This document shows, one piece after another, positions 32,101 through 43,600 of a stretch of 64,000 bases of DNA. Numbering within the stretch: the first letter of the stretch is position 1; each line of letters opens with the position of its first letter. This stretch comes from Felis catus. Lineage: Eukaryota. The DNA lies in NCBI RefSeq assembly GCF_018350175.1, contig NC_058383.1:7938001-8002000 (forward strand), read 5' to 3'. The notes below the pieces were generated by a model. That model worked only from the letters and a program-made list of their open reading frames with translations, ran no database searches and was not told where the DNA came from. The position numbers and the translations under genes are program-made.

Positions 32101-35100
32101 AGTGCCTTCTTCTACAGAGCCCACTTCCTCTCCAACATCCCCTGAAGGTGCCACCACAACGTCTTCTTCTTCAGAGGTCAGTTCGTCTCCACCTTCCGCT
32201 GACAGCACTACCACAGTGATTTCTTCTACAGCACCCACTTCCTCTCCAACCCCCACTGAGAGTCCCACCACAGTGCCTACATCTACAGATCTCAGTTCCT
32301 CTCCTACTCCCACTGACATTGCCACAACAGTGCCTTCTTCTACAGAGGCCACTTCCTCTCCAACATCCAGTGAAGGTGCCACCACAATGTCTTCTTCTTC
32401 AGGGGCCAGTTCGTCTCCACCTTCCACCGACAGCACTACCACAGAGTCTTCCTCTACAGAAGCCAGTTCATCACCTACCCCCACTTTGAGTGCCACCACA
32501 GTGATTTCTTCTACAGCAGCCACTTCCTCTCCAACCCCCACTGAGAGTGCCACCACAGTGCCTACATCTACAGATCTCAGTTCCTCTCCTACTCCCACTG
32601 ACAATGCCACCACAGTGCCTTCTTCCACAGCGTTCACTTCCTCTCCAACATCCACTGACAGTGCCACTACAGTGATTTATTCCACAGAAGACACTTCCTC
32701 TCCCACCCCCGCTGAGAGTGTCACGACAGTGCCTATATCTCCACAGGCCAGTTCTTCTCCAACTACCACTGCCAGTGCCACCACAGTGAGTTCTTCGACA
32801 GGAACCAGTTCCTCTCCATCCTCTTCTGACACTGCCACAACAGTGCTTTCTTCTACAGATGCCACTTCGTCTCCAACATTCACTGAGAGTGCCACCACAG
32901 TGATTTCTTCTACAGCAGCCACTTCCTCTCCAACCCCCACTGAGAGTGCCACCACAGTGCCTACATCTACAGATCTCAGTTCCGCTCCTACTCCCACTGA
33001 CAATGCCACAACAGTGCCTTCTTCTACAGAGGCCACTTCCTCTCCAACATCCACTGAGAGTGCCTCAACAGTGCCTATATCTACAGAGCCCAGTGCCTCT
33101 CCTACTCTCACTGGCAGTGCCACCACTCTGCCGATATTTACAGAGGCCAGTTCCTCTCCAACTTCCACTGAAGGTGCCGCCACAACGTCTTCTTCTTCAG
33201 AGGCCAGTTCGTCTCCACCTTCCACTGACAGCACTACCACAGTGCCTTCCTCTACAGAAGCCAGTTCATCTCCAACACCCACTGAGAGTGCCACCACAGT
33301 GACTTCTTCTACAGAGTCCAATTCTTCTCCAACCCTCACTGAGAGTGCCACCACAGTGCCTATATCTACAGGTCCCAGTTCCTCTCCTACTTCTACTGAC
33401 ATTGCCACAACAGTGCCTTCTTCTACAGAGGCCACTTCCTCTCCAACACCCGCTGATGGTGCCACCACAATGTCTTCTTCGTCAGAGGCCAGTTCATCTC
33501 CACCTTCCACTGACAGTGCTACCACGGTGCCTTCCTCTACAGAAGCCAGTTCATCTCCATCATCCACTGAGAGTGCCACCACAGTTGTTTCTTCTACAGA
33601 GACCAGTTCCTCTCCAACTCCCACTGACAGTGCCAGCACAGTGACTTCTTCTACAGAGCCCAGTTCCTCTTCAACTTCGACTGATAGTACCACAACAGTG
33701 TCTCCTTCTACAGAGGCCACTTCCTCTCCAACATCCACTGATGGTGCCACCACAACGTCTTCTTCTTCAGAGGCCAGTTCATCTCCATCTTCCACTGACA
33801 GCGCTACCACAGTGCCTTCCTCTACAGAAGCCAGTTTGTCTCCAACATCCACTGAGAGTTCCACCACAGTAATATCTTCTACAGAGGCCACTTCCTCTCC
33901 AACCCCCACTGGCAGTGCTATCACAGTGACTTCTTTGACAGAGTCCAGTTCTTCTCCAACCCTTACTGAGAGTGCCACCCCTGTGCCTACAGAGCCCAGT
34001 TCCTCCTCAACTCCCACTGACAGTGCCACCACAAGGTCTTCGTTGACAGGAACCAGTTCCTCTCCATCTTCTCCTGAGCCCAGTTCCTCTCCTACTCCTA
34101 CTCCTACCCCAGTTCCTGAGCCCAGCTCTTCTCCAGAGCCCAGTTCCTCTCCTACTCCCACTGACAGTGCCATCACAGGATCTTCATCAACAGGGGCCAG
34201 TTCCTCTCCAACTTCCACCAACGGTGCCACCACAGTTCCTACATTTTCACAGCCCAGTTCCTTTCCCACTCCCACTGACAGTGTCACCGCAGTGCCTTCC
34301 TCTACAGAAGCCAGTTCGTCTCCAACATCCACTGAGAGTACCACCACAGTGATTTCTTCTACAGAAGATACTTCCTCCACAATCCCCACTGGCAGTGCCA
34401 CCACAGTGACTTCTTTGACAGAGTCCAGTTCTTCTCCAACTTCCACTGAGAGTGCCACCATGGTGCCTACATCTACAGAGCCCAGTTCCTCTCCTACTCC
34501 CAGTGACAGTGCCACTACTGTCCCGATTTCTACAGAGGCCAGTTCCTCTCCAGCTTCCACTGATGGTGCCACCACAACGTCTTCCTCTTCAGAGGCCAGT
34601 TCGTCTCCACCTTCCACTGACAGCGCTACCTTAGTGCCTTCCTCTACAGAAGCCAGTTCGTCTCCAACATCCACTGATAGTGCCATCACAGTCATTTCTT
34701 CTACAGCAGCCACTTCCTCTCCAACCCACATTGAGAGTGCCACCACAGTGCCTACATCTACAGAGCCCAGTTCCTCTCCAACTACCACTGGCAGTGCCAC
34801 CACAGTGACTTCTTTGACAGAGTCCAGTTCCTCTCCAACTCCCACTGAAACTGCCACTGCAACAGCTTCTTCATCAGAGGCCAGTTCCTCTCCAACATCT
34901 AGTGACAGAACCACCACAGTGTCCTCTTCAACAGAGGCCACTTCCTCTCCAACATCCACTGACAGTGTCACCACATTGCCTTCCTCAACGGAGGCCAGTT
35001 TCTCTCCAACTGCCACTGACAGTGACACCAGTGTGCCTATATCTACAGCAGCCACTTCATCTCCAATTTCCACCGACAGTGCCACCACAGTGACTTCTGC

Positions 35101-37741
35101 GACAGAGTCCAGTTCCTCTCCAACTCCAACAGAGAGTGCCACCACACTGCCTTCCTCAACACAGCTAAGTTCCTCTCTAACTCCCACTCACAGTGCCACC
35201 ACAATGCCTACATCTACAGAGGCCACTTCATCTCCAGCTTCCACTGATAGTGCCACCACAGTGTCTTCTTCGACAGAGAGCAGTTCCTCTCCAACTTCCA
35301 CTAACAGTGACACCCCAGTGCCTCCTTCTACACAGGCCACTTCCTCTCCAACTCCCACTCACAGTGCCACCACAGTGCCTTCTTATACAGAGGTCACTTC
35401 CTCTCCAACTCCCACTGAGAATGCCACCACACTGCCTTCCTCAACAGAGCCAAGTTCTTCTCCAACTCCCACTGACGGTGCCACCACAGTGTCTACATCT
35501 ACAGAGGTCACTTCATCTCCAGCTTCCACTGATAGCGCCACCACAGTACCTTCTTCGACAGACGCCACTTCCTCTCCAACTTTCCCTGTCAGTGCCACCA
35601 CAGAGTCTTCTTCTGCAGAGGCCAGTTCCTCTCCATCTCCCACTGACAGTGCCATGACTGTGCCTTCTTCTACTGAGGCCACTTCATATCCAACTTCCAC
35701 TGACAGTGCCACCACAATGCCTTATTCTACAGAGGCCACTTCTTCTACAACTTCCAGTGAAATTGCCACCACAGTGCCTTCCTCTACAGAAGTCAGTTCC
35801 TCTCCAACTTCTGCTGATAGTGCCACCACAGTGCCTTCTTCTCCAGAAGCCAGCATGTCACCAACTTCTGTTGACAGTGCTATCACATTACCTTCTTCTA
35901 CAGAAGCCAGTGTGTCACCAACTTTTGCTGAAAGTGCCACCACTCTTCCCTCTTCCACAGTGGCTACACCGTCTCCAACTCCTCCTGACAGTGCCTCCAC
36001 AGTGCCAGCTTCCACAGGGGCTCATACATCCCCAACACCCTCCCCTGGCAATATCACTATATCAGCAACTTCCATCGGGGGCCACACTTCCCCGACATCT
36101 TCTGTAGGCAGCACACTTTCAACAAGTGCTTCTCACACCACCTTACCTGTATCCATTCCTGGTCACTCCAGTTCTGCAACAACTTCTGCCTCCTTTACAT
36201 CTGTGACTCCTGAGGTTGTTACTACCGCTGCTCTGTCCACCTCGATCTCTGGGACAACACCCAGCACACAGAGGAGTACCTACACCACAGTCCCGGTTGT
36301 CTCCACTAGCTCGACCACTGTTACAAGCAGCACCCCTACCCCAACATCTACTGCTCCAGCAACTACACCAGGTAAGCAATTTCTTGAGTTTGCCTTTTGA
36401 AGTTTACATTTCTTTTCAATCTGCCCCCATGGGTGGTTTTCTTCTTAAAGTTTTACCCCTCATACTCTTCTTTTGCTCTTACTGGTTTCCCGTGAGATCA
36501 AACATCCTCAGTGTTGTCACCCTGTCTCTGACCTCTCTGTCCTGCCCGCTGTTTCTTGAGCTAGGTCTGTTCTTTCGTACCACACACTTTACCTCTCTGC
36601 CTGGACACCTTCAATCCCCAACAAAGTGTCTGTACACCCCATTCCTTCCTTTTGAACTCTGCAAGCCTCTGTCCCCCTGCATTTTATATTCTATAATCTC
36701 GTGAACTTCATATTTTTCATTTGGATTTCACATCTTTTTAGTGTTTTTTTTTCCTCATTGATTTTGCTTATGCTTAAGTGCAAAGGTTTTTTGTTTCTGT
36801 GTTGGAGGAAGGTGTTGCCAAAAGTATTCACATAAGCCTTTGGCAACTATCTCTCTGCTACCATTCACTTATTTGGTTTTCTCTTATTCTCTGAGCATCC
36901 ACCATAGAAGCCAAAGAGGGTTCGCTTTTATCAGCTCTGAACTCTGCCTCTATCCCCTCAAATGTTTTCATATCCTTATGCCTCCCTGTCTGTTCTCTGT
37001 CTCTAGCTTCCACTCAGTTCTCTTCATTCTGGGTAGTATGAGACCTGCCCCATTCCACACCTACTGTTATAATAAGCTGTCATTATATGATATGTAACAT
37101 ATAATATATATTATACAATATACTGTTATACTTGTGAGATTTATTATCACAGTGAGAGAGGATATTTGGCATACATTAAGAAAAATATACAAGTTAAAAT
37201 ACTTGAAGACATTTCATGGTTTAGATGGACTATAGATAAGCCCAGAGACATTTGATCTGTGTCTGCCTGGAGCACTGCCCAATCCTGTCCTGAATTCAGG
37301 AAAATGAATGGCAGATGTTCAGCGTTTGGCTACTCATTTTCTCAGTGCTTTGTGAATTCTTCCTCTGGTGAGTTCTTTGCCTGGGTTTGATTTTATGTGG
37401 CTTTGTTCTTTGGTTTCTCTCCAATGTGGCATTGTCTTGTTGAGCTCTCTGGTTCTCCAAGAGAGGTGCTGAGCATCTTCAGAGAGAAGGTCTGGACCTT
37501 GCATCTCCAGGAAGTCCCACAGGTGTCTCACGGTGAATGCACAACCAACAGGCCCATAGCTGGTGCTGATCACCTTTCTGAAGGCAGATGGTCTCCCTTC
37601 ATCTTCCTCCTATTCCCTGGAGGTTGGCTTCCCTGTTGACTCTTGGGCAACAGGTGACAGACCCCAGTAACTGTTTTTGCTGCTACACACAAGCTGGTGC
37701 TCAGCACTTGGATTAGGTCTAGACATCTTCAGTAACACACA

Positions 37742-37773
<32 letters not shown>

Positions 37774-40635
37774 TTAGGATTTATGGATCTTTATTGTGCC
37801 CAGGACACCACTCTTGACTCAACTCTTCCATTCTTCCTGAATTTCTTGGACCAAACACCTGTAACCAGAAGCTGTGTGCTATCATGGCCATGGTGTGGCC
37901 CATGCACTCTGAGTCTGGTGGGGGAGGTGAGGAGTAGACCAGGAGGTAGAGGTGGGGCAGGTCTTCATAAAGTATGTGCATACCTTATGTGCCTTCCTTC
38001 ACATAACACACCTGGAATACTAGTCTATGCAGGTACAGCTTTTTTCAAGAAAAGCCAAGGAGAACAGAGCTGTCACTTTTCCACGTTGGTAGATATTGAG
38101 AGTTGTCTGTAACCACCTCTTTTCTATTTAAATGAAGTCTACACTCCTCCCTCAAACTATACATCCCAGAAAAATAAAAAAGAACCATGAATAGTCATAA
38201 TGGTCACAATTTCCAGTATGAGCTCTTTTGAAGCAGGTATTGAAGAGACAATGACATACTCGTTCCCAGGCTTGCTGGAATCCTAGATGGGTCAAGTTCC
38301 TCTGGGTTCTCTCAGTTTCTAGTTCCTCTTTTCTTTTCCTCAGCCTTGACTGTGCTATCCCTCATTCCATGACAACACCAGGTTTCCTGTTCCTTGCTTT
38401 TTGGTGCTAAAGTAATTCATACTGAAATACTCCAAGACCAGGTCAAGTCTGGCCTCCACATGGACCCTTGAGCAGGTCTCTTATTCTCTCTCCAGCTCAC
38501 TTGCCCCATCTGCAAAGTGGGCATGACACTAACTGTTCTGCCCACCTCAGGGTCTCATAAGAATATCAAATTAGATGGTGTCTGTGAAAATGTGTTGCAA
38601 GCTGTAAAATGTTCTGCAAGTATGTGTGGGTAAACAGGGTCTTGTCCCTTTCAGTGATCTGCTTAAATGGAGGGACATGGGATGGGAAGACCTGTATTTG
38701 CCCCACCGGTTTCCAAGGAGACCAGTGCCAGCAAGAGGTCATGCTCTGCCAGAATGGAGGCTACTGGGATGGAATCAAGTGCGTGTGCCCTGGCCTCTTC
38801 CAGGGGCCAAAGTGCGAGGACGTAGTCCCGAACATTGAGATAGGTGAGTAAGACAGCAGGGCCCTGCTGTCCCCAACCCTGGGCCCAGCCTCCACACTGG
38901 GCCCCCATTCCTGCCCCTCTGCATGCCCAGGAATGTGGTCTCTTTGGGGGCAACCATTTGTCTCAGTAGTAAGAAAGTTGAAACATTAAAAAATGAATAA
39001 AGCAAGAAGGTACAGTTTGGAACAAAACACAAATTTGGTGCGGAATTTTACCCTAAAGTACACTTCAAATAAGTGAGTGTGTGATTAAGCAGAATAGAAA
39101 AAAAAATGTGTGGAATTCTCTAAAAGAATCTAAGACTTGAGAGCCCCTCAGCTCCATCCCAAAGCCATGAGAAGTGCAGTGTACTCCCCACCCTACAGGG
39201 GCACTCTAGTGAGACCTGAGTGGGGGTCAGGGTGATGGTCCAGGGAGGAATTGCTGGAGATGTGGGTCTCTTTGGGAAGGAGACCCTCAGGGGGGCTCTG
39301 TCCTCAGTAAATGGTGCTACTGTCTGACTCCTTCAGAGCCTCCGCCGGAGACCGTCTCTGCCCAGGTAAACATGACCGTGACAGTGACCAGTATGGAGTT
39401 TACCAAAGACCTAGAAGACCAGACTTCTGAAGCATTCAAAAACTTCAGTGACATATTCAAAAAAGAGGTGAGTCTGGGAGAGCAAGTCCCTGTGCGCCAC
39501 TCAGCTCTCCCCAGGGAGGAGTCTTTAGAGATGAAGAAAGCAGTTGAGGGCTTTTCTCATGTTAGGGGTCTGTGTTTCTCTGCTCACCCTTTTCCTCAGG
39601 GCTTGCCAGAGAGAGGGGAAAGACAAAGCAAGATTCCATGTAAGGGCTACCAGGGGCCCCAGGGGTGGGGATGGTGTCTGAGAAAGGACTGCTCCATCTG
39701 GACAGTGTGCCACTGCCAGCTTCTGGTGGGGGATGCGGGATGCAGCCAGTCCATCCTCTGCCCTCCTGAGATTCTATGGAAAGGCCTGGCAGGCTCCAAG
39801 TTGGGGCCTCTGGGATGACACAGTGACCTCCTTGCCTTTCAGATGGAAACTGTTTATAAAGGAATCCCTGAGTATGACGGAGTCAACATCACAAAGCTGT
39901 CGTGAGTATCTGTGACTCCTGGGAAAAAAGTCTTGGGGTGGAAGCAATAGTCATAATTACTACAAAGACGATTGTAACTGTGCCTCCTGTATTAGTTTGC
40001 TAGGGCTGTCATAACAAAATACCCTGGAAATTTATTTCTCACAGTTCTGGAGGCTGGAAGTCCAAGATCAAGTGTCCAGTAGGTTTGGTTTCTTCTGAGT
40101 CTCTCTTTGGCTCGCAGACAACCATCTTCTTGCTGGGCCCTCACACAGTTTTCCTCTGTTCATGCACATCCCTGGTATGTTTTTGTGTGGCCAGACTTCC
40201 TCTTCTTTTTGTTTTCTTTTTAAGTTTTTATTTACTTGTTTATTTAGCAATCTCTACACTCAACATGAGGCTCAAACTCATGACCCCGAGAACAAGAGTC
40301 ACACCCTCTTTCCAACTGAGCCAGCCAGGCACCCCCCAAATTTCCTCTTCTTTTTTTAAAATATATTTTTATTTTATTTTTTATGTTTTTATTTTATTTT
40401 TGAGACAGAGAGAGACAGAGCATGAGCAGGGGAGGGGCAGAGAGAGAGGGAGACACAGAATCCAAAGCAGGCTCCAGGCTCTGAGCTGTCAGCACAGAGC
40501 CTGATGCAGGGCTTGAACTCACAGACTGTGAGATCATGACCTGAGCTGAAGTCAGATGCTCAACTGACTGAGCCACGCAGGCACCCCTTTAAAAAATATT
40601 TTTAATGTTTATTTATTTATTTTGAGAGAGAGAGA

Positions 40636-40679
<44 letters not shown>

Positions 40680-43600
40680 AAGCAGGGGAGGTGCAGAGAG
40701 AGAGGGAGAGTAAGAATTCCAAACAGCCTCCGCACTGTCAGTGTAAAGTCTGATGTGGGGCTCAAACTAATGAACTGCAAGATCATGACCTGAGCCGAAG
40801 TCAAGAGTTGACCTCATTTTAACTTAATCATATCTGTAAAGGCCCTGTTCTCAAATACAGATATGTTCTGAGGTGCTGGGGGTTAGGGCTTCAACACATG
40901 AATTTTGGGGGAACACAATTCAGCCCATAACACCCTCCAACAGTTATAGTTTCACACATATTTTCCAATTTGGAACCTCATAACCATCCTGCGAGTGAAG
41001 CCAGCAGGACTCTTCCCATTGCACAGATGAAGAAACTGAGGCCTAGAGAGAGGCAGTGAGTCACCTGAGGGATCGTTTTTGGAGTGGTAGAGCCAAGACT
41101 CAAACAGAAGTCCTCTTATGCTGGAGACACTGACACACAAGAACACCTGGAGGTTACTCGTGGGATGGACACCCCATTGGCCTTCAGGGATGAGGCCAAA
41201 TAACTTAGCTTGAGAGGGAACCACAGGGACATGGTATCCATGTCCACAGTTGTCCAGTATTCACTTCCACTCACCTTGCACAGGATTCCAGCCCTGTTAT
41301 TGACCTCAACTTCTTGAAACCCTGCAGGTATCTTGGGTTTTCTACTCTACTTCCTTGGGCCAGATATGAGGAGACAGCTGGGCTCTGAAGGCTCCAGAGA
41401 GGTCTGGGAGTGGGTGTTATAAGTGAGAAAAATTCACCTCAGAATCTTGGAAAGAAGAATCTCTCTTTCCATCTCTGGTGTGGGAACCATCTCTCTGGTG
41501 TGACCCTCATGTTACAGATGAGGGAACAAAGGTCCCATGGTGCCAACTAGCTGGTCAAAGATTACCCTGATACTCAGGGCCAGTGCCAGGATTTCATCCT
41601 GCACCTCCTCACTCCACTACACCTGCAAGGCCTTGATAAAGCCATGTTTCTCCACAGGAACTTCCAGAACAGGGACTGAGGACAGTGATGGAGCCTGGGA
41701 GATGCCTGAGGCCATCACCACATCATGTCCTTATTGAGAAAGATGCCATTGAGCTAGAAGATCCCCTGCTCCCCTCTAACTTGTTATTCTATGGGTTATT
41801 CTAATTCCACTATTCTATATATTATAAGTTTAATTATTATATCATATAACTCTATTATTCTATATTATATTATTCTTTATGTTGTTCAGGAGTATCACCA
41901 CTCCTCATCTTTTTTTGTGTGTGTAAGTCTCTGAATATAGCGGTAAGGAAAAAGCAATGGAAAAAGAGTGCTTTTGGCTTCTAGTATTTAAGAATCCTGA
42001 ATTGTGAGCATGGGAAGGCTGGACTTGTTACTGTATTTTTAAACCCAGAAAGCACTCAGTCCTGGAGTGCAAATAATCCCTAATCTATGTGAGACAGAAG
42101 TAATGCATGTTCTAGAATAAGAGCTTGTTGACCTCCAAGCATTTCTGATTCTGTTTTGCACATACACAAGATGGAAAGTTTTGGGGATTCGGAGTTAGGG
42201 AAGAGGAATGGACTCAAATAGAAGCTGTGAGTGTGTCTGAAACCAGTCTCTTGGTGGCTTTGCCCCTGGTTTCTCCTAGCTCCTAAGCAAAGAGTAGGGA
42301 GAGATTTTTGGCTAGAATTTTAACCTTTTAGGTGTCAGAGATTCACTTTAGAGTTGACAGAAGTGTATGTGAGTAGAAAATATGTACATATGCACTTTCA
42401 AATCTTTGCATTCTCTTAAGAGACTCACAGACCTGCAGCCTGCCACCCAGCAACTCATGAATCCCTTAAGAGTCCCTGTGTGACCTCTTACCTCTTAAGG
42501 ACACCTTGCCAGCAGCTGCCCAGTCTCTTGCTGGAATGTATCTAATGATACCTTGATCTTCCACAGTCCCATTTCTCTATCCATCTTTGCCCTCAAGCTT
42601 TCCCACAGGGCTGGCCAGAACCTAACCTTTGAGACAGTCCTCTTAGGTACAGGTTGTGGCATGAGCCCTATGGGGAGGTGCTTAGCACAATGCCTGGAAT
42701 GAGCCTTCACCCAGTGAACACTGTGTCATCATTTCAACCATCCTCCCCCAGCTCTGCCTTCCCATGGGGTCAAAGAGGGCATGGGAAAAGGGGTGGAGAA
42801 GTAAGCACCTATTATGACCTAGGAGGATGCTCATAGACATCTTTTCCTCTCCTCAGTGCTGGCAGTGTGGTGGTGGAACATGAAGTCCTCCTGAAGGCCA
42901 AGTTCACCCCAGAATACAAGGAAGTTTTGGATAAGGTCACCCAGGAGGTGACAGAAAAAATCCAGAATGTAACCAAAGAACAAATAAGCATAAATAATAC
43001 CTGCAAAAGTAAATTCCTAGGCTTCTGGGAGGGGCATGAGGGGGTCCTCAAGGAATCCTTAAGCTTTGTCATCCCTGGGGTGGTGGAGGGGGAAAAGGCA
43101 GGTGTACATGCAGGCTAAATTCTGTGGGCACCAGCTTGTGGGAAAATGAGAACAAGCATGGCTTGTTATGTACAGCAGATTTTTCTGAATGTAACAAGTC
43201 ATGTGGGAATCTTAGCAAAGGTGTGTGTGGGAGAAGAAGGACATGGGGAAGGCATGGGGCACTTGGAGGGTCACTGTTCTGGAGAGCTAGGAGTGAGGCT
43301 GGCATTCCCAATCGTCAGGGATGGGTTTCCCACCGCTCCCTATCGCAGCCCCACTCCCCCACCCCCTACTAAGCAAGTTTGTTGTAAGGGGCTCTATGTG
43401 TCTCCTTTCACAGGCAAACTGTGTTTCAACACGACTGCCACTAAGGTGCAGAGCATCACACTTACCCAATATGACCCTGAAAGTAAGCGACTGGGGGGGC
43501 TCCAGGGAGGGTGGGGGAGGTGGGCAGTGTGCCTGGCTTCCTGGTCACGGCAACTCCTCCGTGTCCCACAGAGGAATGCCAGAAGAAGGCTGGGAAAGAA

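Noticed and set aside
23080..32650. CRISPR-like regular repeat array
   Set aside because: Mammalian coding VNTR with no unique spacers.
23068..36015. Very long antisense ORFs (2933 aa, 836 aa and others) rich in V/E/G
   Set aside because: Mirror of the S/T/P repeat: the monomer lacks a stop in that frame, so amplification yields long ORFs. There is no independent splice, promoter or domain evidence.
23769..36107. Many short + strand alternative-frame ORFs (PPQCL... repeats)
   Set aside because: Off-frame translations of the VNTR.
39361..39372. Cryptic donor CAG|GTAAAC inside MUC17 exon 5
   Set aside because: The downstream sequence is conserved SEA coding sequence and a stronger donor exists at 39467. 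There is no evidence of use.
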